The notes: generated by a model from the sequence alone, not told the origin. Shown: positions 13,928 to 26,902, counted from the whole stretch's first letter. The stretch is DNA of 63,850 bases, filler included, from Octopus bimaculoides (GCF_001194135.2; 7 parts of 7 records of this genome joined end to end with filler, not necessarily neighbours in it), one strand, 5' to 3'. Numbers and translations are program-made.

Positions 13928-14225
13928 CGTAAGCGTGGCTGTGTGGTAAGAAATTTGCTTCCCGACCACATGGTTCTGAGTTCAGTCTCACTGCGTGGCA
14001 CTTTAAGCAAGTGTCTTCTACTCAAGCATTGGGCTGACCAACGCCTTGTGAGTAGACTTTCATAGACGGAATCTGAAAGAAGCCTGTCGTATATGTGAGT
14101 ATATATTGTATGAGTGTGTGTTTGTGTGTTTATGCTTGTCCCCCACCCCCATCCACCACTTGATAGCCGTTTTTGGTTTGTTTACGTCTCTGTAACTTAG
14201 CGGTCCGATAAATAAGTAACAGACT
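13928..14225 (+). mobile_element. SINE family B (gtggctgtgtggtaag head, ccttgggcaagtgtctt CORE-like centre)
   Basis: Shares head and body with 50321-50666 and 63590-63850. Confidence 0.8.
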
Positions 14226-14429
14226 TTAAAATAAAATAATGATGATGATGATGATGATTGCTAGCATCGATTTCTACGTATGAGTGTTTGAGGGAGAGGA
14301 TTTAAAGAAAAAACAAGTGAGAAAAAAAGAAAACTATTTCTGATGGATGTGTGAATGTAATTTGAGTCTAGGTATGGATTTTGCTATGAAGTCACAGTGG
14401 GGACACTGATGATTTTGATTTTGCCAGGG

Positions 14430-14864
14430 AATGGGCAAATCTGTCCGTTGATTGGAGGATATAATTCTTTTATTGTTCTGTTACTTCAACTCAAATTGTT
14501 TTGATACATCACGACACATTTTACGCCATGTAGATCGATCAAAGCCAAAACTTTCCCAAGATGTCCAAGTTAAGCTATAGAGATTTTAGTGATTGATTCA
14601 ACTTCTCCTTATACATGAGAACAGGTCTTCATTTACCGCAGTATCCCTCTACTTGTTGGCCATGCAAAAGAATTTTTTGAATGCTGTCATCTTTCATTCA
14701 AACAACATTCCTAGCCATCTACACTGGATTATCATCACTATGCTTTGGACACTAGAGATATCACATTTTTCTGAGATGTTGACATTTGATATCTTATCTT
14801 ACCATCTTGCATTGCAGATATTGAGCAGATGGCACGTTCTTTATATGTCTGTAGTAAGGAGTCC

Positions 14865-14865
<1 letters not shown>
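14430..14865 (-). mobile_element. RTE (BovB-like) LINE C-terminal fragment
   Basis: Frameshifted remnants MKDDSIQKILLHGQ, RPVLMYKEKLNQSLKSL and ALDRSTWRK. Confidence 0.6.
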
Positions 14866-14938
<73 letters not shown>

Positions 14939-14942
14939 CCGT

Positions 14943-15132
14943 TCTGCTATTGGCACAAGACCTTAAACTTTGTGGGAGGGGACTAATCGTTTACATCGAC
15001 CCTTGTGTGTAACTGGTATTTAATTTATTGACCCCGAAAGTATGAAAGGAAAAGTCAACCTCGGTGGAATTTGGATCAGAACATAGCAGCAGACGAAATA
15101 CGGCGTGCCAACGATTTTGCCAGCTCGACGCC
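14943..15132 (-). mobile_element. SINE family A
   Basis: Same diagnostic core, embedded in (AAT)n. Confidence 0.75.
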
Positions 15133-15170
<38 letters not shown>

Positions 15171-15839
15171 TTCACCAACAACAATAACAAGAGCTCTGGT
15201 TCGGATTGATTAAAATCATGAACATGTAAATGTAGCGGCCTGTGAAATATGAAGTACATTCTATAGCATTACGAAAACCAAAACCATAATTGATTATGAT
15301 GATGATGACGATGATGATGATGAGGAGGAGGATGATGTTGATTATGTGGAGGAGGTAGAGGAGGCGGAGGAAGAGGACAACGAAGTCCACGATGAAAACG
15401 GCAACGACGATACGACAACGACAAGATGGCCATGATGATCAAGTGGAAGAAACGAAAAAAAATTAAAACTAGAAAGAAAGAAAGAAACCAAGTAGATAGT
15501 GCTGAATAACATTTAGCACAGACAAGGAAAACAGATGCTTAAGATGGCGGTGGTTTGTAGAGAGCGAGCTGAAGAACAGTTATTTAAAAACTTACTTGAC
15601 AAGGATAAACGAACACTCGACGTGAATATACGAGATCTTTGGAAAGAAAAATAGAGCTCTATGTATGGTGAACTTTGTGAACATGTATCATTATTTATAT
15701 ATGTATGTGTGTGTCCGTCGGTTGTTTGAATATGTGTATATATGTGTGGGCGTGTGTGTATGTGTGTGTGTGTATATGCATTTATACACGCAGCGCGCAC
15801 ATGTACACGCACTCACATATCTATCTGTCTATCTATCTA

Positions 15840-15876
<37 letters not shown>

Positions 15877-16077
15877 NNNNNNNNNNNNNNNNNNNNNNNN
15901 NNNNNNNNNNNNNNNNNNNNNNNNNNNNNNNNNNNNNNNNNNNNNNNNNNNNNNNNNNNNNNNNNNNNNNNNNNNNNNNNNNNNNNNNNNNNNNNNNNNN
16001 NNNNNNNNNNNNNTATATATATGTATGTATGTATGTATGTATATACATACATACATACATACATACATAAATACATG

Positions 16078-16139
<62 letters not shown>

Positions 16140-16593
16140 TATATATAGATACATTATATCACATACATATATATATATATGTGTGTGTGTGTGTGCGTGT
16201 ATGTGTGTGTATACCTATTTATGTATATGTATGTTTTCTAGGTATATGCATATGCGCCTGCATGTATGTAAATATGTGTGTGAGTGTGCGTGTGTACGTG
16301 TGTGCGTGTGTGTGCATGTATATATGGGTGTGGGTGTGTGCGCGCGCGTGCATGTGTGTGCTTGTGTCTGTGTGTGCGTGTCTCTGTGTGTGCGTGTGTC
16401 TGAGTGTATCTATTCTGATCAGCTATCAGAATAAAGTAGTATTATTCGGTAAGAGGAGTGTATAAGGGGGGAAAAAAGACGAAAACTTCAAAATTCAGAA
16501 ACATCCAAAAAAATAATAGGACTGAGTTAGAGGGGAGAGAGGGGGAGAATGAGAGGCAGGTAGACAGAGAGAGAGAGACAGACAGAGAGAGAC

Positions 16594-16669
<76 letters not shown>

Positions 16670-17905
16670 TGGCACATCTATCCAAATATACATTCGTACA
16701 TACATACGTACAGAGATACACAGACACATATATATCCATGCATGCGTATAAACTTACATATTTACACTCATGCGTACTTACTGGCGTACATGCCTACAAT
16801 AATCTATGCAGACATACTTGCATACATAGGTGACTACACACAAACATACAAACACACAAGCATACATATAAACATATGCGTGTGTCCACACATACATACA
16901 CACAAACATACATTGAAACATACCTACATAATACATAAAACATAAGTATACATACTTTCATAAAACGAACATGCATACATCTATTATAGTACCATACATA
17001 TATATACATGAATACATTCGTACATAAAACATACGTANNNNNNNNNNATCCATGCATGCGTATAAACTTACATATTTACACTCATGCGTACTTACTGGCG
17101 TACATGCCTACAATAATCTATGCAGACATACTTGCATACATAGGTGACTACACACAAACATACAAACACACAAGCATACATATAAACATATGCGTGTGTC
17201 CACACATACATACACACAAACATACATTGAAACATACCTACATAATACATAAAACATAAGTATACATACTTTCATAAAACGAACATGCATACATCTATTA
17301 TAGTACCATACATATATATACATGAATACATTCGTACATAAAACATACGTATGTATACAAACATACATACATGCATACGTATACCTACATACAAACACTC
17401 ATTCATACATAAAACATACAAACACTCATTCATACATAAAACATACAAACATACATAATACAGATACAGAAATAGGACCGAAAAAATGAAGGGGAATAAC
17501 ACACGAATAAATACTTTAAAAAAAGGCAATTACGTTATGAGAAACGCCTGAAGGTGACGTTGTACAAACTAGTTTGAGATATCAGGATACAAGAAACGAA
17601 AAAAAAATTTATACCTATAGCTACATAAAATTACTTGTAATAAAGTACGAAGTCCAGTTGTGACAAGTTCACTCAGTTTTTCGCTATATTACACTACCAT
17701 TACAAAGAATCCTTACTTTGATGAGACAAAGATGGCGTCTCTGCGACGCCGTCTGTTGACCTACAAGAAATTGGAGTCAAATCTCCCCACCGCACCTAAA
17801 CAACAAGAGCAGTGGCTAGTTATATGAGACGTGTAAAGTATAACGTCCATCTGTGTTAAGCTTAACTTATATACCAGATACGGGCAACCTTTCTCGAGAA
17901 GCAGG

Positions 17906-18029
17906 CCGCATAAGACATGACTCGTCATCAGGCGGGCCGCATAAGACATGACTCGTCATCAGGCGGGCCGCATAAGACATGACTCGTCATCAGGCGGGCC
18001 GCATAAGACATGACTCGTCATCAGGCGGG
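17906..18029. repeat. 31-bp tandem repeat (4 copies, runs into a gap) inside an hAT-type MITE starting about 17876
   Basis: Unit ccgcataagacatgactcgtcatcaggcggg at 17906, 17937, 17968 and 17999. Confidence 0.85.
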
Positions 18030-18214
18030 NNNNNNNNNNNNNNNNNNNNNNNNNNNNNNNNNNNNNNNNNNNNNNNNNNNNNNNNNNNNNNNNNNNNNNN
18101 NNNNNNNNNNNNNNNNNNNNNNNNNNNNNNNNNNNNNNNNNNNNNNNNNNNNNNNNNNNNNNNNNNNNNNNNNNNNNNNNNNNNNNNNNNNNNNNNNNNN
18201 NNNNNNNNNNNNNN

Positions 18215-18254
<40 letters not shown>

Positions 18255-18302
18255 GTGTGCGTGTGAAGGGCGAAAATCCTGTTGCCGTTTTTGTACACTC
18301 CG

Positions 18303-18540
18303 TTTCTTTATTTCTTTATTGCCCACAAGGGGCTAAACATAGAGGGGACAAACAAGGACAGAGAAACGAATTAAGTCGATTACATCGATCCCAATGCGTA
18401 ACTGGTACTTAATTTATCGACCCCGAAAGGATGAAAGGCAAAGTCGACCTCAGCGAGATTTGAACTCAGAACGTAACGGCAGACGAAATACCGCTAAGCA
18501 TTTCGCCTGGCGTGCTAACGTTTCTGCCAGCTCGTCGCCT
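18303..18540 (-). mobile_element. SINE family A, full length
   Basis: Closely matches 5155-5385. Confidence 0.8.
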
Positions 18541-18654
18541 TTTCTATCAATTGTATTTCTATCAACTGGTGACCCCTTGACCCTGTATAAATTTCTTTTG
18601 CTTGATAGAATTTGTACCTAGATACGCAGATGATGTATTGGATCCGTTAAAGTC

Positions 18655-18861
18655 GATTGCTTCCCAGCCACTCGGTTCCGGGTTCAAACCCACTGCATGG
18701 CACCATGGGAAAGTGCCTCCTCCTATAGCCTCGGGCCAACAAAAGCATTGAGTGGATCTGATAGACGGAAACTGAGAGAAGCCCGTCGTGTATATAATAT
18801 GAGTGTGTATTTTGTATCTGTGTTTGTCCCCCACCACCACTTCTTGACAACCGATGTTTGT
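18655..18861 (+). mobile_element. SINE family B, partial
   Basis: ggttccgggttcaaacccactgcatggcacc...gacggaaactgagagaagcccgtcg. Confidence 0.75.
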
Positions 18862-19030
18862 ACATTATTTACATTATTTACATTATTGACTGATATTTGT
18901 CCTCATCTTGTTTGTTAACACAACGTCTCGGCTGATACACCCTCCAGCCTTCATCAGGTGTCTTGGGGGAAATTTCGAACCTGGGTTCTCATTCCTAAGG
19001 TATTTTTCGATGTTGTTACTGATGTTGTTG
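18862..19030 (-). mobile_element. Penelope-like terminal repeat (pLTR) fragment
   Basis: Contains the hammerhead motif and ends in three tandem AATGTAAAT-type units; abuts a SINE copy. Confidence 0.55.
18917..18962 (-). ncRNA. Minimal hammerhead ribozyme motif with a core mutation (GAAA to GAGA)
   Basis: GACAC-CUGAUGA-A-GGCUG-loop-CAGCC-GAGACGU-U-GUGUU within a Penelope-like terminal repeat. Confidence 0.6.
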
Positions 19031-19126
19031 TTATTATTATTATTATTATTTTGTTTCGTTTCTACCTCGTTACAATTTGGAATTTAATGCTCACTGCATG
19101 AAACAAGTTAGCATTAATTTAAGGAT

Positions 19127-19228
<102 letters not shown>

Positions 19229-19377
19229 GCGGTTGCTGTTGTCGTCGTTATGGGTTTCTTGTAAAGGCAATATTTATGAATCAATTGGATGTTCTTAGGA
19301 GATCGGATGAATTAAGATGTTTCTGAGTGTAAGCAGGTGTTCTTAGATGTGTGAGTTACATACCTGCATTAATAGAT

Positions 19378-19414
<37 letters not shown>

Positions 19415-19473
19415 GACAGACAGAGAGAGAGAGAAAGACACACAGAGAGACAGAGAGACAGAGAGACAGAGAG

Positions 19474-19530
<57 letters not shown>

Positions 19531-19711
19531 CATTTCTTTTATTAGCCACACAGGGCTCAACGAAGATGGGACAAATACAATGTAGAGCTTTTCTTTTTGG
19601 GAGGGGGAAGGNNNNNNNNNNNNNNNNNNNNNNNNNNNNNNNNNNNNNNNNNNNNTTAATTAATTAANNNNNNNNNNNNNNNNNNNNNNNNNNNNNNNNN
19701 NNNNNNNNNNN

Positions 19712-19942
19712 GGCACATAAAAGACACCATTTCGAGCGTGGCCGTTTTCGTGCAGGTGACACGTAAAAGCACCCACTACACTCTCTGAGTGGTTGGCGTT
19801 AGGAAGGGCATCCAGCTGTAGAAACTCTGCCAAATCAGACTGGAGCCTGGTGTTGCCATCCGGTTTCACCAGTCCTCAGTCAAATCGTCCAACCCATGCT
19901 AGCATGGAAAGCGGACGTTAAACGATGATGATGATGATGATG
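19712..19942 (+). mobile_element. RTE LINE 3' end (or RTE-tailed SINE) with (GAT)n tail
   Basis: gtggttggcgttaggaagggcatccagctgtagaaac...gcggacgttaaacgatgatg; nearly identical to 26140-26390. Confidence 0.8.
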
Positions 19943-19954
19943 AATATATATATT

Positions 19955-20717
19955 CATTCAATCCATATTAACGAAATTCTCCATATTATACAAGGTACAT
20001 ACATAGATGCATTCATCTATATGATATGTAAAAGTTTTCTAAGAATTTATCAATACATACATATACACGAAAATTTATAAATATATAAAAATTCATACCC
20101 ATATAAAAATCTACAAACATAAAAATTCATAAATATAAATATATAAAAAATGTAAGTCCATAAATGTTATTGTGAAATCCAAATGAAGTGGATGATAAAA
20201 TGGATGTAAAATGATTCAGAAGGAGTCTGGAACCTGTATAAAGTCTTATGACTGTTTCGAAAAGGTATAGGTTGCTATGGGTTGACCTAACTCCAACCAT
20301 AGCAATACTCTATATTTCTCTCATCAGAGTTAATAGAATCACAAGGTTAAAATTTGAAAGGAAAGGTGTGTTACATAAAAATCAAATGTTTAATTGGACC
20401 GTTATCTTCAGGCATATGATATTAAACACTGTGTATAATATAAAGTATATTACTATGCTGTTTATAATATAAAGTTTTGGAAGAGTCCATAATATAAAGA
20501 AAGGCTAAATTAGAATCCTATGTTTTAATTATTTATGAAAAATTTAAACGTTGAAAGATATTTGTGTCTACAGGTAATTATAACGTCAGATATTTTATTG
20601 AGTAAACTATTTTTGTTGGCTCGGATTATGTGGATTGCCTCCTTCCTGCATAAAAATGAATGCATCTATGTATGTACCTTGTATAATATGGAGAATTTCA
20701 TTAATATGGATTGAATG
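19955..20717. mobile_element. AT-rich MITE with about 62-bp TIRs
   Basis: cattcaatccatattaa.gaaattctccatattatacaaggtacatacatagatgcattcat inverted at 20656-20717; TA-rich flanks. Confidence 0.7.
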
Positions 20718-22350
20718 TATATATCAGCCTTTGAATTTGTTTTCTCCTCTCCTTAATTTTATATATATATATATATATAGAACACTTATTGACCAAAGAC
20801 AAAAAAAAAATGTTAATTCTGTTACACAGTGTGATGATGATGTATTCTTGTACTTTACTACTATATATAAAATCCTTTTGCATCTAAACTTGCCATGTCA
20901 AGCCCAGATATCCTTCTGGTTTTATATTCAAACTGGCCAGATCCATCCTCTCATGCATACCTTACAAAGTCCTTTTAAAAATAAAACAAACACATCAAAA
21001 TCTGAAATACATGTTTAATTCAAAACAAGAAGACGAAATAAGCGATTACATTTGTCAGTGTAATTTGAATGCTAAAAGGATGAATCTATATCTTGATTGG
21101 AAGGAATCATTGGATAAGTTCTCTTGCTTAGTTAAATAACTATACCCTAGTCATGGCCGATGCTGGTGTCACATAGCTGGCACCTGTGCTGGTGGTATGT
21201 AATTGGCACCTTCCAAGCATTGGGTTTTGTTGAGGTAATGTGGCACAGAAAGCATTTTATGAGGCCTCACAGAGGCAATGACAGCTGACTGAGACCTTTG
21301 GCATTACACCATGCTTGAGAAGAAGACACATCAAGCCAAGTGAAATTGTAGTCATAGCAGATACTAGTGTCANNNNNNNNNNNNNNNNNNNNNNNNNNNN
21401 NNNNNNNNNNNNNNNNNNNNNNNNNNNNNNNNNNNNNNNNNNNNNNNNNNNNNNNNNNNNNNNNNNNNNNNNNNNNNNNNNNNNNNNNNNNNNNNNNNNN
21501 NNNNNNNNNNNNNNNNNNNNNNNNNNNNNNNNNNNNNNNNNNNNNNNNNNNNNNNNNNNNNNNNNNNNNNNNNNNNNNNNNNNNNNNNNNNNNNNNNNNN
21601 NNNNNNNNNNNNNNNNNNNNNNNNNNNNNNNNNNNNNNNNNNNNNNNNNNNNNNNNNNNNNNNNNNNNNNNNNNNNNNNNNNNNNNNNNNNNNNNNNNNN
21701 NNNNNNNNNNNNNNNNNNNNNNNNNNNNNNNNNNNNNNNNNNNNNNNNNNNNNNNNNNNNNNNNNNNNNNNNNNNNNNNNNNNNNNNNNNNNNNNNNNNN
21801 NNNNNNNNNNNNNNNNNNNNNNNNNNNNNNNNNNNNNNNNNNNNNNNNNNNNNNNNNNNNNNNNNNNNNNNNNNNNNNNNNNNNNNNNNNNNNNNNNNNN
21901 NNNNNNNNNNNNNNNNNNNNNNNNNNNNNNNNNNNNNNNNNNNNNNNNNNNNNNNNNNNNNNNNNNNNNNNNNNNNNNNNNNNNNNNNNNNNNNNNNNNN
22001 NNNNNNNNNNNNNNNNNNNNNNNNNNNNNNNNNNNNNNNNNNNNNNNNNNNNNNNNNNNNNNNNNNNNNNNNNNNNNNNNNNNNNNNNNNNNNNNNNNNN
22101 NNNNNNNNNNNNNNNNNNNNNNNNNNNNNNNNNNNNNNNNNNNNNNNNNNNNNNNNNNNNNNNNNNNNNNNNNNNNNNNNNNNNNNNNNNNNNNNNNNNN
22201 NNNNNNNNNNNNNNNNNNNNNNNNNNNNNNNNNNNNNNNNNNNNNNNNNNNNNNNNNNNNNNNNNNNNNNNNNNNNNNNNNNNNNNNNNNNNNNNNNNNN
22301 NNNNNNNNNNNNNNNNNNNNNNNNNNNNNNNNNNNNNNNNNNNNNNNNNG

Positions 22351-22902
22351 TTCTCAGTAGGGAGCACCCTAACTAAACACAAACGCATTCATACAGGGGA
22401 GAAACCATTTCACTGTGACGTCTGCGGTAAATCATTTTCTGGAAGTAGTGACTTGACTCAACATAAGCGCTTTCATACAGGTGAAAAACCATATCAGTGT
22501 GATATCTGTAGTAAATCATTCTCACAAAGTACTCACTTGACTGTACACAGGCGTATTCACACAGGGGAAAAACCATATCAGTGTAATATCTGTGGTAAAT
22601 CGTTCGCTGAAAGCAGTCCCTTAACTGTTCATAAGCGCATTCATACAGGAGAGAAACCATTTCACTGTGATGTCTGTAACAAATCATTTTCTCAAAGTAG
22701 TGATTTAGCTGGTCACAAACGTATTCATACAGGAGAGAAACTATATCTATGTGATATTTGTGGTAAATCTTTCTCTTGCTTAAATGGCTTAAATATTCAT
22801 AAATATGTTCATTCTGAAAAGAAGCCATCTGACTGTGATATCTGTGGTAAATCATTTTCGTATAATTACTTAAAGAGACATAAACTTAAGCATAGAGTTT
22901 AG
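22351..22902 (+). CDS. C2H2 zinc-finger protein (ZNF-A), 3' portion; upstream part hidden in gap 21373-22349
   Basis: Open frame from the gap edge: one partial finger, five canonical C-X2-C-X12-H-X3-H fingers with TGEKP-type linkers and a final X11 finger; TAG at 22900-22902. Confidence 0.9.
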   Translation, partial: FSVGSTLTKHKRIHTGEKPFHCDVCGKSFSGSSDLTQHKRFHTGEKPYQCDICSKSFSQSTHLTVHRRIHTGEKPYQCNICGKSFAESSPLTVHKRIHTGEKPFHCDVCNKSFSQSSDLAGHKRIHTGEKLYLCDICGKSFSCLNGLNIHKYVHSEKKPSDCDICGKSFSYNYLKRHKLKHRV

Positions 22903-22917
22903 AAACCATATCAGTAT

Positions 22918-24815
22918 GTCATCATCATTTAACATCCATTTTCTATGCTCGCGTGGGTTTGACGATTTGACTGAAAGCTGGTAAACCGGGGAGCTAAACC
23001 AGATTCCAATCTGATTTGGCATGGTTCCTATGGCTGGATGCCCTTCCTAACACCAAGAGTCTAGTGAGTGTTTTTTATGTGCCTTTGATGTGACACCGGC
23101 ATCAATCTCACTTGGCTTGACAGGTCTTCAGAAGCACGGTATATCGCCAAAGTTCTCAGTCACCTGTCCCTGCGTCCATGAGGCCCAAAGCTCAAATGGT
23201 GCTTTTTACATACCACCAGCACAAGTGCCAGTCAGATGACTCTAGCATTGGCCACGACTTCAATTTCAAATTGACAGGTTTTCTAAAGCACAACATATCA
23301 CCCAACGTTTGAAGGGTGCTTTTTATGTGCCAGCTAAACAACACTGGCATCAGCCTTATCATCAGTTGTTCAAGTTTCTGTCTATGATAATGAGGTTATT
23401 GTCAGGTGTTGACGGAGTCTGCTGAAAGATCTCATAAAGGAACTCCTGTATTTCTGACAGTCTTGTCATCAGTAGGGGTAGAAGCTGTCTGAACTTTGCC
23501 CAGGCAATTCTTATTCTAGTGGTAACACTCTCTGAGCATCCACCTCCACTACTGTCTTGGTCCCCTAAGTAGCAGAAACTACCAACTACTTCTAGTTTTT
23601 CCCCCTGGCATGTGATGGAATCTGTTTTCTGAGCATCTGTGATGTTTATTGCCCCTGTGCATCTGCCACACACGAAAGCTATCTTCCCAGTTAATCTTCC
23701 TTTGATGTTGCTGCACCTCTTATGTATCCATAGCTTACATTTATGGAGTTTCTACTTACACCTTTTCTACAGATTGAGCAGGGTCACCTACCTGAAGGGG
23801 TGTGTGGTGTGTTCGCCTTCCTGCTTACTAGAACTTTGGTCTTTGCAACATTGACTTTATGGTCCTTCAACCTTGCTTCCATGCCTGGAATTTCTTCTCT
23901 AGTTCTGGTACTGATTCTGCTATGAGGGCCAGGTCATCAGCATAGAGGAGCTCCCAGGGGCAACCTGTCTTGAATTCCTCTGGTATTGCCTGGAGGACTA
24001 CCTGGAATTCTTCACTATACTCATTGCCAACCCTAACCTTATTAATGGCGTCTCTGTGGAGGGCCTGTATAGCCCTTATTAACCATTCATCAATCCCCAG
24101 CTTCCGCATCACCCACCAGATAAAGGATCAGGGGATCCTGTTAAAGGCTTTCTCCAAATCCACAAAAGCCAAGTATAGGGGGTTTATCTTTGGCTAGGTG
24201 TTTCTCCTGCATTTGCTGTACCAGGAATATAGCATCAGTGGTGCTTCTACCTGGCACAAAACCGAACTGCATCTCATCTAAGCGGACTCTCTCCTTAATT
24301 AGTTGGGCTGTGACCTTCATCACCTGATCCAGCAGTTTGATACCCCTGTAGTTATTTCTATCTAAAGCATCACCTTTACCCCTGTAGCAGTTGACTATGG
24401 TGCTGCTATGCCAGTCATTGAGTATGACTCCATCATGAACTACCTGGTTTACAATACGGGTGACTAGGCCATAGCTCACACCACCAGATGTTTTAAGCAT
24501 CTCAGCAGTGATTCCTAATGGGCTGGGGGCTTTTCCTGGATTCATACCCTTAATTGCTTTATCTACCAGGGAGCTGTCTATTCAGATAGCTGGTCCCTCT
24601 ACTGGGTCAACATTTGGCAGGCTCCCCTCCTCCCATTCATTCTCCACATTCAGCAGTCTTTCATAATGGCGCTTCTCCAAGCCTCTTTCTTTTCAGAATC
24701 ATTAAAAGCAAGTGCACCATCATCCATGTGGACACATTTCTCTCCTGTGACATCACAGTTTTGTCTCACACACTGTCTTGCAATCCGAAATACTTCAGTT
24801 CTTTGACCCTCACAT
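22918..24815 (-). mobile_element. 5'-truncated RTE-clade LINE, degenerate reverse transcriptase
   Basis: QFGFVPGRSTTDAIF and ELLYADDLALIA motifs, frameshifts and an internal deletion, 3' UTR and (GAT)n tail at 22918. Confidence 0.9.
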
Positions 24816-25719
24816 CACTGGACATCATCTTGAATAATTTCACCATCAATGTCTGCCTAAGTAAATCCTTCAAAATCATTGTCTGAGTCAGAATCAAACA
24901 AGATTTCTTTCAGAAAAGCTTCAAATGCAGGAGTGGCCATTTACATTCAGTAAAAATAAAATCTAAAAGAAACTGCAATCGATTTTGAAGATTGGTTACC
25001 TCGTGCTTAGAATATAAACAATGAAAATAACACCAGAAAAGAAAAGTTTAGCCTCATTCTGAATCAAACGTACCCTGTTTATTGGAAATAAACTTAGCAA
25101 TGTGACAAAATGCAGCTACAAGGAAAGAAACTCATGTGGAGAACAGTGCAGAGAAGGTTTAAAATTCATCCTACAAGATAAATATACATGACTATACAAC
25201 CCCTTCTTTCATACTTTAACCTCTTATCTCCCTCTTTAATGTAGCTCTGCTCAGTCGAAGGGGATTTCAGTCTTGCACGCTGCATAGTAGCTTCATTGGT
25301 ACTAGTATCATGACAAAAGCACCCAGTGCACTAAGTGAAGTGATTGGTGTTAGCAAGGCCACCCAGCTGCAGAAGCAATGCCAGAGTAAATACTAGAAGA
25401 CAAAGCAGTCCCTGGACCTGTCAACATGTTCAAGCCATGCGATCTTTGAAGGTGGAAATTAGATGATGATTATGCTTTGGCACAGGAAAAATGATATGAC
25501 TGATAACAATATTTCATATTTTCTGTAGCTATATATACAATAAAAGATGATATAATTGAACAGTTGTTATGTCGTAAATAAATATACAAAATGAAAAAAG
25601 AAAATACTTCAGTGTTGTTTTCACTTCTGCTTCTTGTCTCTACTCTCTTTCACTCTCACAAACTTACCTAACTACCCATCTGTCCTCAATTCTTTGTCCA
25701 TAGTCTCTCTAAATCTAAC

Positions 25720-25945
25720 ATCTTGTACCTTGAGCATTCCACAGACACACATACCTTTAATGTAGTTCTCAGGGAGATTCAGTGTGACAAGGCTGGCCTT
25801 TTGAATTTCAGGTACAATTCATTTTTATTAGCTGAGTGGACTGGAGTAACAAGAAATGTCTTGATCGAGGACAACACACTGCCTGGAATTGAACTCACAA
25901 CCTTAAAATTATGAGCCAAATTCCATAGCCACTTAGCCATATGCA
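25720..25945 (-). mobile_element. SINE family C, partial
   Basis: ttgagcattccacagacac...gagattcagtgtgacaaggctggcc. Confidence 0.75.
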
Positions 25946-26094
25946 CTGTTTACCATAAATACCATATATTTATAAAGGTCCTTTCTTTTGAAGTTTAACT
26001 TTATCTCTGAGCAGAACGTCCTTCCCAAATTTAGCCCCACTCAGTTGAAGAGAACCTTTGTCTTCGAAGCTGAGTAGAAACTGTATTTTTACCT

Positions 26095-26390
26095 GTTTTC
26101 GGGCGAGATCGTTGCCAGTGCCCCTGGACTGGCTCTTGTGCGGGTGGCACATAAAATACACCATCTTGAGCGTGGCCGTTGCCAGTACCGCCCGACTGGC
26201 CTTCGTGCGGGTGACATGTAAAAGCACCCACTACACTCTCTGAGTGGTTGGCGTTAGGAAGGGCATCCAGCTGTAGAAACTCTGCCAAATCAGATTGGAG
26301 CCTGGTGTAGCCATCTGGTTTCACCAGTCCTCAGTCAAATCGTCCAACCCATGCTAGCATGGAAAGCGGACGTTAAACGATGATGATGAT
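26095..26390 (+). mobile_element. RTE LINE 3' end with (GAT)n tail
   Basis: Same family as 19712-19942; further decayed copies at 21140-21372(+), 27020-27300(-), 41895-42065(-) and 45085-45310(+). Confidence 0.8.
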
Positions 26391-26484
26391 GTCATGACTA
26401 AAGCACCCAGTACATTCTGAAATGATTTGTGTTAGAAAAGGCACCCAACTGAAGAAACAAGGCATTTGAAGGAGAACATTCAAC

Positions 26485-26902
26485 GAAAGTGACCAGATCT
26501 GTGGAGCATGATGAGTTGGATTCTTCATGAAGACAATGCACCATCACTAAGCTCTCTTCACTTGTGAGTTTCTCACCAAAAACAACATGGTATCATTCCA
26601 CACCTGCCCTATTCACCAGATTTAGCATCTGTAGACTTCCATCTCTTCCCCAAAATGAAAATGCAGCTCAAATGTCGCCATTTTAACACTGTTGTCGAGG
26701 AGACCCAGAGTGAATTACAGAAAGTCCTCAACTTGCTTATGGAAAATGACTCCTAGGCTGGATTCCAAAAGTGGCAGGAACGCCAGGACCGATGTATGAC
26801 TGCGGAAGGTGACTATTTTGAAGGAGATGATGTTAAAATTTAGGTAAATGAGTTATTTTTTATTAAAAGTAACCAGTCCTGGAGTCTTTTGATACCACCT
26901 CG
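26485..26902 (+). mobile_element. Mariner transposase C-terminal fragment plus right TIR
   Basis: WILHEDNAPS, PYSPDLASVDFHLFPKMK, RCMTAEGDYFEGD; ends gataccacctcg|TA. Confidence 0.85.

Noticed and set aside
15665-16465. Long ORFs such as 15665-16465 and those spanning N runs
   Set aside because: They are translations of microsatellites and gaps (YI, VC, HT, X runs).
16735-17350. Near-exact direct duplication of about 300 bp
   Set aside because: The copies are separated by a 10-N gap, typical of unmerged overlapping contig ends.
17906-18029. CTGATGACGAG...CATGTC in the 31-bp repeat looks hammerhead-like
   Set aside because: No GAAA core or stem II partner; the sequence is explained as an hAT-type subterminal unit.
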